Shown here piece by piece: positions 39,064-48,339 of a stretch of DNA of 64,000 bases. The notes under the pieces were generated by a model. That model was given only the letters and a program-made list of their open reading frames with translations, made no database searches and was not told where the DNA came from. Numbering within the stretch: position 1 is the first letter of the stretch; the number at the start of each line of letters is the position of its first letter. Where the stretch lies: the IMG/VR virus record IMGVR_UViG_3300044630_003672; one strand, given 5' to 3'. The DNA is from a virus (Duplodnaviria > Heunggongvirae > Uroviricota > Caudoviricetes). The position numbers and the translations under genes are program-made.

Positions 39064-40629
39064 ATGAGAGAATATAACGTTATCTTAAAAAAGGATGTAG
39101 ATTACGATGGGTTTTGGAATGATATAGAAAGTGATACCGATGGTGGCAAACTTTACATTCCAAATCGTAGAGTAGAATTTACAAACGAAAGACCTACATC
39201 TTTACGTCAATGTTGGTACATGCTGACAGATGAAGAAGCTGAGCAATTAAAATTAGATGATAGAGTGCTGGCTGTAGAGATTCCACCTGAACATAGAACT
39301 GATATTCAAATAGGACATCGTGCAATTCAAACAGGTGATTTTACAAAAACAACATCCGATAGTGGTACTTATATCAATTGGGGATTGATACGATGTAATT
39401 CTACCTCAAATGTATATGCCAGTGGAACAACTACTACTTTGAACTATAATTATACATTAACCGGTGACGGTGTGGATGTAGTAATTCAAGATAGTGGATT
39501 ACAAGTAGACCATCCGGAATTTCAAGATGAAAATGGAGTAAGTAGAGTACAACAAATTAACTGGTCAAGTGAAAGTGGAGTTTCATTCACACAAAATGCA
39601 AATCATTATAGAGATTTTGATGGACATGGTACACATTGTGCCGGTATAGCTGCGGGTAAAACATATGGTTGGGCCAAAAAGGCAAGAGTATATGCTCAAA
39701 AAATAAGTGGATTAGAGGGAAGTGGCGATAGTGGTACTGGTATTTCTACAACATATGCATTTGATGCGATTAAAGGTTGGCATAATAATAAGTCATTGAA
39801 TTTTACAACAGGTGTAAAAAGACCAACCGTAGTTAATATGAGTTGGGGATATTACACTTCATTTGCAGCATTAACCGAAATTAATTATAGAGGAACATCA
39901 TATACGGGAGCATCTATTGATACTAATACTGAAAGAATAAATAATTTTGGATTAATGTCAGCGGCATCATCTATATCAAATGTAAGAATATCATCGGTTG
40001 ATACTGATATTCAAGAAATGATTGATGCTGGAATTATAGTATGTATAGCAGCTGGTAATCGTTCTCATAAAATTGATGTTCCTAGTGGGACAGATTATAA
40101 TAATTATTATAACGATGGTACTGGTGCAACTTATTATCATAGAGGTTCTTCTCCGTTTGATGATGAAGCGTTTATTGTTGGTAATATTGATAGTACGGTT
40201 TATGATACAAATAATGACCAAAAATCAACATCATCGGAAACAGGTCCAGGTGTAACAATATACGCACCGGGTACCGATATTATGAGTGCATGTTCAAATA
40301 CAAATAGATTTAGTGGACAATCCTATTACTTAAACGCATCATATAAACAATGTAATATTAGTGGTACATCTATGGCATCTCCACAAGTAGCAGGTGTATG
40401 TGCTTTGTTTTTAGAAGCAAATCCTAGATTAACACCTGCACAATTAAAATCGGCAATATTAGCAAATGCAGGTACTGCGATATACGATACCGGTGTGAAC
40501 AACGATTGGACAAATTATAGAAGTTTAAAGGGTGGTAGTTTAAAGGTGTTATATAATAAGTTTAATTCTGAAAAAACATTTTCCGCTACAAACATATCAT
40601 TTTCTGGTATTGGGTTTAAAATACGATAA
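39064..40629 (+). CDS. Subtilisin-like S8 serine peptidase with N-terminal prodomain
   Basis: Catalytic triad motifs VVIQDSG, HGTHCAG, GTSMASPQVAG; oxyanion AAGN. Confidence 0.93.
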   Translation: MREYNVILKKDVDYDGFWNDIESDTDGGKLYIPNRRVEFTNERPTSLRQCWYMLTDEEAEQLKLDDRVLAVEIPPEHRTDIQIGHRAIQTGDFTKTTSDSGTYINWGLIRCNSTSNVYASGTTTTLNYNYTLTGDGVDVVIQDSGLQVDHPEFQDENGVSRVQQINWSSESGVSFTQNANHYRDFDGHGTHCAGIAAGKTYGWAKKARVYAQKISGLEGSGDSGTGISTTYAFDAIKGWHNNKSLNFTTGVKRPTVVNMSWGYYTSFAALTEINYRGTSYTGASIDTNTERINNFGLMSAASSISNVRISSVDTDIQEMIDAGIIVCIAAGNRSHKIDVPSGTDYNNYYNDGTGATYYHRGSSPFDDEAFIVGNIDSTVYDTNNDQKSTSSETGPGVTIYAPGTDIMSACSNTNRFSGQSYYLNASYKQCNISGTSMASPQVAGVCALFLEANPRLTPAQLKSAILANAGTAIYDTGVNNDWTNYRSLKGGSLKVLYNKFNSEKTFSATNISFSGIGFKIR

Positions 40630-40689
40630 TTTTTATCGTTTTCTCTTTTTACTTTATATTTATATATACAAATATATTACCGAAATAGA

Positions 40690-40721
40690 TTTGGTAATTT
40701 AGAAAAAAATTGTTATATTTG
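40690..40721 (+). promoter_or_regulatory. Bacteroidota-type sigma70 promoter heading the glycan cluster (ATATTTATA also at 40656-40664)
   Basis: TTTG(40690)-N20-TATATTTG(40714). Confidence 0.7.
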
Positions 40722-40726
40722 TATCT

Positions 40727-41356
40727 ATGATAAATGTTACATACGCCATTACAGTTTGTAATGAAATAAATGAAATCACAACTTTAGTTGATTTCCTACA
40801 ACCTAGGATAAAATCCGAAGATGAAATACTGGTTCAGTATGATTCCGATTCTGCAACATCGCAGATAAAAGATTATTTAAATATAATCTCACAAATACAT
40901 AAGAATATAAGAGTAATTTCATTTCCTCTTAATAAAGATTTTGCATCATTTAAGAATAATTTAAAAAATAATGCAAACGGTATTTTTATTTTTCAAATTG
41001 ATGCAGATGAAATGCCATCCGAATATTTGGTTGAAAATATTCACAACTTTTTAGATTATAATAAAGATGTAGACCTTTTCTTCGTACCTAGAATTAATAC
41101 GGTGAATGGTTTAACTGCCGAACATATTAAGAAATGGGGATGGAAAGTTAATGAAAACGGTTGGGTAAATTTTCCTGACTATCAAACTCGTATTTATAGA
41201 AGAACTTCTGAAATAGAATGGAGTGGTAAGGTACATGAAAGGATAGCGGGATATAATACATTATCAATATTACCTCAGGAAGAAATTTATTGTTTGTATC
41301 ATCATAAGCAAATTGAAAGACAAGAAAAACAAAACGCTTTATATGATACAATCTAA
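40727..41356 (+). CDS. Glycosyltransferase family 2 (GT-A)
   Basis: YAITVCNE, FQIDADE (DxD), PDYQTRIY, WSGKVHE. Confidence 0.88.
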   Translation: MINVTYAITVCNEINEITTLVDFLQPRIKSEDEILVQYDSDSATSQIKDYLNIISQIHKNIRVISFPLNKDFASFKNNLKNNANGIFIFQIDADEMPSEYLVENIHNFLDYNKDVDLFFVPRINTVNGLTAEHIKKWGWKVNENGWVNFPDYQTRIYRRTSEIEWSGKVHERIAGYNTLSILPQEEIYCLYHHKQIERQEKQNALYDTI

Positions 41357-42344
41357 AATAGCCTTCCTTACTGAAATGGGGTTTATTGGTAAAATACCGG
41401 CACATCATCCAAATATGAGAACCGAATTTGCTTGGATGCACGCTTTAGACGCAGACCATTATAATATTCATCTATTTGGTGCGGATAAACATTTGATTAA
41501 TTATGACCATGTGTTTATTATATTTCCAAAAGGCAAAGTATTTTTAAGTGCAGAGGGAAGTAAAATTATAGATGGTATTAATCCATTTTCAGAATTATTA
41601 CAACAAGATATAGTTGGTAAATTGAAGGAAAGAGGTAATAAGAAAGTCCATTATATTCAAGAAGGACCGCATTGGTGGTATAATGATTATACTATATCAG
41701 ACCAAATCTATTTCTTTAATTTCTTACAATCATGTGATTCAATCTTTACGCACAATGATTCAGATATATATTATTATAAGGGATTGTTTCCTAATAAAAA
41801 AGTAAGACCTATCGGTACATTGATGATTGATACTCTAATCAAAGACATAGTACCAACAAAAGAAGATAAGGCAATTATAGGTGGTAACTTCGCAAGATGG
41901 TATGGTGGGTTTGAAAGTTATATGATAGCTGGTAACTTTGATGTTCCTATTTGGGCACAAACATCTCATGCTATGAGAGAGAATGAAAATGTAATTGATA
42001 ACTTAACTCACTTACCAAGATTAATGTGGAGTGAATGGATGACCGTATTATCAACATTCAAATACGCAGTTCATATGATGCCAACGGTAGCAGCTGGTAC
42101 GTTTGCCCTAAATTGTGCATACTTTGGTATCCCTTGTATTGGAAATCAAGATGTAGATACACAATTACTTTGTCACCCATCCTTATCGGTAGCTGTAAAT
42201 GATTTAGAAAGTGCAAGAGAATTGGCAATAAGATTGAGAGATGACAAACAATTTTACAATGAATGTTCAGAAATGGCAAAGGCTAATTATGAAGCTTGTT
42301 TTTCAAAAGAACTTTGGTTAAAAAGAATAATGACAGAATTATGA
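41343..42344 (+). CDS. Putative glycosyltransferase (GT-B-like)
   Basis: C-terminal AGTFALNCAYFGIPCIG resembles the GT-B sugar-donor helix; operon context. Confidence 0.55.
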   Translation: MIQSKIAFLTEMGFIGKIPAHHPNMRTEFAWMHALDADHYNIHLFGADKHLINYDHVFIIFPKGKVFLSAEGSKIIDGINPFSELLQQDIVGKLKERGNKKVHYIQEGPHWWYNDYTISDQIYFFNFLQSCDSIFTHNDSDIYYYKGLFPNKKVRPIGTLMIDTLIKDIVPTKEDKAIIGGNFARWYGGFESYMIAGNFDVPIWAQTSHAMRENENVIDNLTHLPRLMWSEWMTVLSTFKYAVHMMPTVAAGTFALNCAYFGIPCIGNQDVDTQLLCHPSLSVAVNDLESARELAIRLRDDKQFYNECSEMAKANYEACFSKELWLKRIMTEL

Positions 42345-43111
42345 TAACAGTTATATTAAATGGTTACAAAAGAGCGGAAAATCTTAATGAACAATTAGAG
42401 GCATTAAGAAACCAAACGGTTCAGCCGGATGAAATACTTTTTTGGTATAATAATCCTGGTGATAATGACCTGATTAATTATGATATTGGTACTGAAATAG
42501 CGGGTGCTTATTGTAATTACAACTTCGGTGTATGGGCACGATTTGCTTTTGCATTTATGGCTAAAAATCCATATGTTTGTATTTTTGATGATGATACTAT
42601 ACCTGGTTCAAAATGGTTAGAGAATTGCATGAATACAATGAAAACGAATGAAGGACTATTGGGTACGGTTGGATTAATTTATCCACAACCACTTCCACCG
42701 GAACAATCATCATACTACGAACCATATGCTAGAGTTGGTTGGCCTGAAGGTGGAAATAATGAACATACATTAGAAGTTGATTTGGTTGGGCATAGTTGGT
42801 TCTTTAAAAAGGAATGGTTATCTCATATGTGGAGAGAACAACCTGAATCTAAATATAATACCTGTGGTGAAGATATGCACTTCTCATATATGTTGCAGAA
42901 GTATGCGGGAATTAAAACATTTGTACCACCACATCCAAAGAATGATAAACAAATGTGGGGAAGTATAAAAGGAGCACAATATGGTGGCGATGCTAACTCA
43001 CTATGGGAATCAAATCAGAGAAGTGTGGAAGGTGTACCATTTAGAGCATTGATGAATGAATATTTTCATAACCAAAGAATGAAAGGTTGGAAACTTGTAT
43101 ATGAAAAATAA
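42341..43111 (+). CDS. Putative GT-A glycosyltransferase
   Basis: ILNGYKR, CIFDDDTIPG (DxD), CGEDMHFS. Confidence 0.75.
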   Translation: MITVILNGYKRAENLNEQLEALRNQTVQPDEILFWYNNPGDNDLINYDIGTEIAGAYCNYNFGVWARFAFAFMAKNPYVCIFDDDTIPGSKWLENCMNTMKTNEGLLGTVGLIYPQPLPPEQSSYYEPYARVGWPEGGNNEHTLEVDLVGHSWFFKKEWLSHMWREQPESKYNTCGEDMHFSYMLQKYAGIKTFVPPHPKNDKQMWGSIKGAQYGGDANSLWESNQRSVEGVPFRALMNEYFHNQRMKGWKLVYEK

Positions 43112-43113
43112 AC

Positions 43114-43710
43114 ATGAAAACGGCAATTGTTATACAAGGTAGCACTATTTGTGATAATATAGAAAAATTGAAAAATGATTGGAAACCATTTCCTATTATT
43201 TTTTCAACATGGGAAGGGGAGCCAACCTATTGTTATCCGGATAAAAACGATGTGGTTGTATATAGCCCTAGACCAGAAATAGTTGGAGTTGGTAATTTAA
43301 ATTTACAAAGAGTATCGTCTTTAAATGGATTTATAAAGGCAAAAGAACTGGGATACGATAGAGTTGTAAAGTGGAGATATGATTTGTTCCCAATCAATTG
43401 TGAAGAAATATTTAAATCGTTTAAAAGTGATTGTTTAAATTTTCTAGCATATCACCAACATAATGCCGGATATTTGGTAGATTATTTATCGGAAGGAAAT
43501 GTTGATGATATGATTCAATTATTTACATTTTCAGATTTTAATGTACCACACGCAGAAGTTGCATTTACAAATAGATTGTTTGAGCTTGGATTTGATAAAA
43601 AAATCAATTTCATTCTCAAAAATCTAGAAAAAGATAGAGTTGACATTTATTGGCAAAAATATAACAATTATTTGAGTCATTATAAAAACATAGAAGCATT
43701 TAAAACGTAA
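43114..43710 (+). CDS. WavE-like putative transferase
   Basis: TAIVIQG, NLNLQRVSSLNG, VVKWRYD. Confidence 0.55.
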   Translation: MKTAIVIQGSTICDNIEKLKNDWKPFPIIFSTWEGEPTYCYPDKNDVVVYSPRPEIVGVGNLNLQRVSSLNGFIKAKELGYDRVVKWRYDLFPINCEEIFKSFKSDCLNFLAYHQHNAGYLVDYLSEGNVDDMIQLFTFSDFNVPHAEVAFTNRLFELGFDKKINFILKNLEKDRVDIYWQKYNNYLSHYKNIEAFKT

Positions 43711-43713
43711 CAA

Positions 43714-44442
43714 ATGAGAAAAGTTAATGTAATAATACCGATGGCCGGCGAAGGTAAACGATTTTCCGATGTAGGATATACGATACCAAAACCATTTATT
43801 CCGGTAAACAAAAAACCAATGGTACAATCAGTTGTTGAAAATCTAAATATAGATGGGAAACATATTTTTATAATTCAAAAAAAGCATTCAGTAGGAAATA
43901 GTTTACAAACCTTTTTAAAATCACTAAAACCCGATTCGGTTGTAATTGAAATAGATGAATTAACAGAAGGACCAGCATGTACCGCATTGTTAGCTAGTGA
44001 TTATATAGATGAAGATACTCCATTGATTATTGTTAATTGTGACCAAATGATACATGATTTTGATGTTAATAAACTTTTAGAGTTTTGTGACAAAAATGAA
44101 GCAGATGGTATATTAGGTGCATTTATATCATCATCAAAGAAAAATTCATATATGAAATTAGACCCACAAGGTGAGGTTACTGAAGTTAAAGAAAAGATTG
44201 TAATCAGTAATACTGCAACTAATGGATTACATTTTTGGAAACATGGAAAAGATTTCGTATCTTCGGCAAAAGAAATGATAGAATCTGGTGAAAGGTATAA
44301 TAACGAATTTTATATAGCACCATCATACAATTATCTTATTAAAGATGGGAAAAAAATATTACCATTCTTTTATAACTTACATTGGCCAATTGGTGTACCA
44401 GAGGATTTAAATAAATACAAACAATTATATGGACATTCTTAA
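43714..44442 (+). CDS. NDP-sugar pyrophosphorylase-family nucleotidyltransferase 1
   Basis: IPMAGEGKRF, PKPFI, EGPACTAL, NCDQ, NNEFYIAP. Confidence 0.88.
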   Translation: MRKVNVIIPMAGEGKRFSDVGYTIPKPFIPVNKKPMVQSVVENLNIDGKHIFIIQKKHSVGNSLQTFLKSLKPDSVVIEIDELTEGPACTALLASDYIDEDTPLIIVNCDQMIHDFDVNKLLEFCDKNEADGILGAFISSSKKNSYMKLDPQGEVTEVKEKIVISNTATNGLHFWKHGKDFVSSAKEMIESGERYNNEFYIAPSYNYLIKDGKKILPFFYNLHWPIGVPEDLNKYKQLYGHS

Positions 44443-44749
44443 AATGAAAGACATGAAAGGTGGATGGTTTATTGGTAACTTTGAACCAACTGCTTTTAAA
44501 ACAGACCAGTTTGAGGTTTGTTATAAACACCACACTAAAGGTGAAAAATGGGATACTCATTATCACAAAGCTGGTACTGAAATAAATTATTTGGTTAGTG
44601 GAAAAATGACCATACAAGACAAAGAATTAAATGAAGGTGATATCTTTATTTTAAACCCATACGAAATTGCTGACCCAATCTTTTTAGAAGATTGTACAGT
44701 CTTAATTATAAAAACTCCGTCAATACCTGGCGATAAATACGTTATATAA
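44429..44749 (+). CDS. Cupin-fold protein (putative sugar isomerase/epimerase)
   Basis: GWFIGNFEP, HYHKAGTE metal-binding motif; 106 aa. Confidence 0.75.
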   Translation: MDILKMKDMKGGWFIGNFEPTAFKTDQFEVCYKHHTKGEKWDTHYHKAGTEINYLVSGKMTIQDKELNEGDIFILNPYEIADPIFLEDCTVLIIKTPSIPGDKYVI

Positions 44750-44750
44750 T

Positions 44751-45941
44751 ATGGTAAATATTTTTAGAAAAGAAGTAGATATAGAAAAGTACTTTATTGT
44801 TACTTATGATTTGGCATCTGAAACTAATTTAAGAGATGCCGCTTGGAATTTGGCAATAGGCCAAAGTGTAGGTAATCCAAATGTAAGAAATCAATGGGAA
44901 ACTGATGAGCTATTTGAGAGAAATAGTTGTTTAGTATTGGGAGATGAAGATGAGCTTAAATCTATTAATAATGGATTAGTTAAGGTAGCGTTTCCTGTTA
45001 TAAACATTGATTTTAAAACGGATGGGATTGCACATTTGTTGGTAAATATTATGGGTGGGCAGATGGATATTGATAATATTACAAAATGTGCTGTTAAAGA
45101 TATCTGGTTTCCACAACATATTGAAGATTTATTTTTAGGACCTAAATTTGGTATTAAAGGTATTAGAGAATACACTAAAACATTTGATAAACCGTTGTTT
45201 GGTGCAATTGTGAAACCTAAAATTGGTATCACTCCGCAGACATTATTAGAGATGGTTAAAGAATTAGTAGAAGGTGGCGTTAATTTCATTAAAGAAGATG
45301 AGATTATGAGTAATCCCGCTTTTTGTACAATTGAAGAAAGAGTACCATTGATTGCAGAATATTTAAAAGATAAAAATGTAGTTTATTGTGTATCTATTCA
45401 TTCAGATTATCCACATATTTTAGATAGAGTAAAGAGAGTATATGAGTTGGGTGGTAATGGTGTTCATATTAATTTTTGGTGTGGTATGGGGGTTTATAAG
45501 GCTGTAAGAGAATTAGACTTACCAATATTTGTACATTTTCAAAAAAGTGGTGATAAAATTCTAACCAATAGAAATCACGCTTATTATATTGATTGGACGG
45601 TAATTTGTAAGTTAGCAGGTATGATGGGTGTTGATTTTATTCACGCCGGAATGATTGGTGGATATTACAAATGGCCTGAAGATGAGGTAATTGATTCAAT
45701 GAAAGTATTGCACCAATATGGTGTAATGCCGGCATTAAGCTGTGGTTTCCATCCTGGTCTTACTCAATGGGTAACTGATAAAGTTGGTATTGATTATATG
45801 GCAAATGTTGGTGGTGCACTTCATGGGCATCCTGATGGTACTTTGGCTGGTGCAAAAGCTATGAGGCAGAGTATAGATAAAGAATATGGTAGAGAATACA
45901 ATAAAGCAATTCAAAAATGGGGAGTAAATAAAAATGAATAA
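44751..45941 (+). CDS. RuBisCO-like protein (form IV, RLP)
   Basis: IVKPKIG (K175/K177), GVNFIKEDE (carbamate Lys motif), DFIHAG, GGALHGHPDGTLAGAKAMR. Carboxylase residues E60, N123, H294 and K334 appear substituted. Confidence 0.92.
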   Translation: MVNIFRKEVDIEKYFIVTYDLASETNLRDAAWNLAIGQSVGNPNVRNQWETDELFERNSCLVLGDEDELKSINNGLVKVAFPVINIDFKTDGIAHLLVNIMGGQMDIDNITKCAVKDIWFPQHIEDLFLGPKFGIKGIREYTKTFDKPLFGAIVKPKIGITPQTLLEMVKELVEGGVNFIKEDEIMSNPAFCTIEERVPLIAEYLKDKNVVYCVSIHSDYPHILDRVKRVYELGGNGVHINFWCGMGVYKAVRELDLPIFVHFQKSGDKILTNRNHAYYIDWTVICKLAGMMGVDFIHAGMIGGYYKWPEDEVIDSMKVLHQYGVMPALSCGFHPGLTQWVTDKVGIDYMANVGGALHGHPDGTLAGAKAMRQSIDKEYGREYNKAIQKWGVNKNE

Positions 45942-46938
45942 GAAAGACCCAATATTAATATGTTTTGGTACTAGACCAGAATGGTTGAAAGTAAAACCAT
46001 TGATTGATATTATGGATAAGAAAGAATATAAACTTTTATTCACAGGTCAACATGAAGATTTACTTTCGGATGTAAAAGTTGATTTTAGAGTTAATATAAA
46101 AGAATCCTTTCGTTATACTAGATTAGATTCTATTATGATTAGTTGTATGGAATATTTTCCAAATTACAAATTTAGAGGTGTGTTGGTGCAAGGCGATACG
46201 GCTTCCGCTTTTGCATGTGCATTAGCAGCTTATCATAGAGGTATTAAGATATATTATATGGAAGCTGGGTTAAGGAGTTACGATTTAGAAAACCCATATC
46301 CTGAAGAAGGATATAGACAGATGATAGCTCGTTTAGCAGATATTAATTTTGCACCAACACAGCTTTCTGCTGAAAATTTAGATGCGGAAAGAGTAAAAGG
46401 AGATATCCATATAGTTGGGAATACTGTATTGGATAATCTTATGAAGTATGATAAAGGTAGTTATGGTGATACTATTCTAGTAACAATGCATCGTAGAGAA
46501 AATCATCATTGGTTAGATGAATGGTTTAATGTAATTAATCAGTTAGCAATTGATTATCCACAATACAAATTTGTATTACCGATTCATCCAAATCCAAACG
46601 TACAAAAGCATAAGAATTTACTAACAAATATTAATATCGTAGAACCTTTAACGCACAATGAAACGATTAATATTCTTAAAGATTGTAAGTTGGTAGTTAC
46701 CGATAGTGGTGGATTGCAAGAAGAAGGTTCTTTCTTTAATAAGAAAATAATTGTGTGTAGAAAAACAACCGAAAGACCTGAAGGTATAAAAACCGGTCAT
46801 CTTTATATGTGCGAAGAACCAACTAAACTTAAAGAATTATTTGGTGAGTTGGAAAAGAATTCGTATATTTGTAAACCTTGTCCATATGGAGACGGTAGAG
46901 CAGCGGAAAAAATTAAAAAGATATTAGATGCAGAATAA
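45934..46938 (+). CDS. wecB: UDP-N-acetylglucosamine 2-epimerase
   Basis: GTRPE, QGDT, EAGLRS, PEEG, HRREN, DSGGLQEE, PYGDG. Confidence 0.93.
   Translation: MNKKDPILICFGTRPEWLKVKPLIDIMDKKEYKLLFTGQHEDLLSDVKVDFRVNIKESFRYTRLDSIMISCMEYFPNYKFRGVLVQGDTASAFACALAAYHRGIKIYYMEAGLRSYDLENPYPEEGYRQMIARLADINFAPTQLSAENLDAERVKGDIHIVGNTVLDNLMKYDKGSYGDTILVTMHRRENHHWLDEWFNVINQLAIDYPQYKFVLPIHPNPNVQKHKNLLTNINIVEPLTHNETINILKDCKLVVTDSGGLQEEGSFFNKKIIVCRKTTERPEGIKTGHLYMCEEPTKLKELFGELEKNSYICKPCPYGDGRAAEKIKKILDAE
46840..46871 (+). promoter_or_regulatory. Intragenic Bacteroidota-type promoter inside wecB
   Basis: ATTTGGT: TTTG(46840)-N20-TATATTTG(46864), with the same CG before the -7 box as the intergenic copies. Confidence 0.7.
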
Positions 46939-47650
46939 ATTTCAAACAGATTTTGAATACTACACCAATCTTATAAAATCGGATACAAATTTTGCTTATG
47001 CAAGATATGCTGACGGTGAAGTTGGTTTGATGAAAGGTAATGCAATTGGTACTAATTCACAAGCATTTGCAGTTGATAGATGGACTACTCCAATTGGATT
47101 AAATAAAGTTGGTGAAGGTTTATTAAAATCATTGGAACATACCGAAACCAATTACCATTATGCAATATCAGCTCATTCGGATAGTATTGATGATTATACT
47201 TTCTTATCAGATAGAATTCAAAACTCAAATAAAACTTTTGCAAATCTTTGGATAAATTCAAATTATCAAAAGATGTATGAGTTTTATAAAACATTAGATA
47301 AGAGTGTATATGTTATATGTAATCATAGAGCTAGGAAAGAAAATTTTCCATTTAAAGTAAATGAAATATTTCCATTTCCAGATGATTGTATAAGATATTG
47401 GTTAGATTATGGTGAGGACTATATTACACAACTAATTGAATATGTATCCCAATTAGAGAATCAAACATTTTTTGTATCTGCGGGTCCTGTTTCTGAAATA
47501 CTAATAGATGAAATGTATAGGGCTAATCCAAATAACCAATATGTAGATGTTGGTTCTTCTATTGATGAATTTACACATGGTAGAAAAACAAGACCTTACA
47601 TGGACCCATATTCTCAATACTCAAAAGAAATATCTTATTTTTATGAATAA
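46928..47650 (+). CDS. Putative GT-D fold (DUF1792-like) glycosyltransferase
   Basis: FAYARYADGE, VSAGP, DVGS motifs. Confidence 0.65.
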   Translation: MQNKFQTDFEYYTNLIKSDTNFAYARYADGEVGLMKGNAIGTNSQAFAVDRWTTPIGLNKVGEGLLKSLEHTETNYHYAISAHSDSIDDYTFLSDRIQNSNKTFANLWINSNYQKMYEFYKTLDKSVYVICNHRARKENFPFKVNEIFPFPDDCIRYWLDYGEDYITQLIEYVSQLENQTFFVSAGPVSEILIDEMYRANPNNQYVDVGSSIDEFTHGRKTRPYMDPYSQYSKEISYFYE

Positions 47651-48338
47651 ACTACCGTTAGTAATATACACGCATACGGATATGAAAGATGTATGGCCAT
47701 CTTTTTTTGGGCAATTAAATAAATTTATGCCTGATTATAAACTCTATGTATGTGTTAATGAAATTGATAAGGCACTTCCAGAAAATTGCTTACAAATCAC
47801 ATATGATGATTCTAAAAAATATACAAATCGTATTTTAGAATGTTTGGATAAAATAAATGAAGATGTGATATTATTTTTTCACGAAGATATGATTTTATAT
47901 TCCAATCCACTTCACGTATATTTAGAAAAATATTATGAATATATTTTAACCGATAAAGCTAATAGTATAAAATTATTATATGCTGGTTCGGGTGGAACAA
48001 AATCGGAATTTGAAGATACTTTGGTTCAAAATGATTTATCTAAATTTTCAATACAACCAACTATTATTAAAACTAAAACATTTAAGGAGTTAATAGAAAA
48101 TCATTTAGAATTAACAATTTATGAATTTGAAGATTCTATAAAGTTGAATGAAAAAGATTTTTCAGCAACGAATGGTATTGAGAAAAAAAGAGGAATATTC
48201 CATTATGATAGTTTTGTATTTCCATACATAGCAACTGCGATTAATAAAGGTAAATGGAATTTAACAGAATATCAAACCGAATTAAATCCTATTTTTGAAG
48301 AATATAATATAAACCCGTTTGATAGAGGAATTTGGTAA
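47643..48338 (+). CDS. Putative GT-A-like glycosyltransferase
   Basis: LFFHEDMIL acidic motif; operon context. Confidence 0.5.
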   Translation: MNKLPLVIYTHTDMKDVWPSFFGQLNKFMPDYKLYVCVNEIDKALPENCLQITYDDSKKYTNRILECLDKINEDVILFFHEDMILYSNPLHVYLEKYYEYILTDKANSIKLLYAGSGGTKSEFEDTLVQNDLSKFSIQPTIIKTKTFKELIENHLELTIYEFEDSIKLNEKDFSATNGIEKKRGIFHYDSFVFPYIATAINKGKWNLTEYQTELNPIFEEYNINPFDRGIW

Positions 48339-48339
48339 T

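Noticed and set aside
44751-45941. Phage-encoded carbon-fixing RuBisCO (rbcL)
   Set aside because: Loop-6 Lys334 and several other carboxylation residues appear substituted, there is no rbcS or phosphoribulokinase, and the context is sugar-nucleotide synthesis, so it is an RLP.
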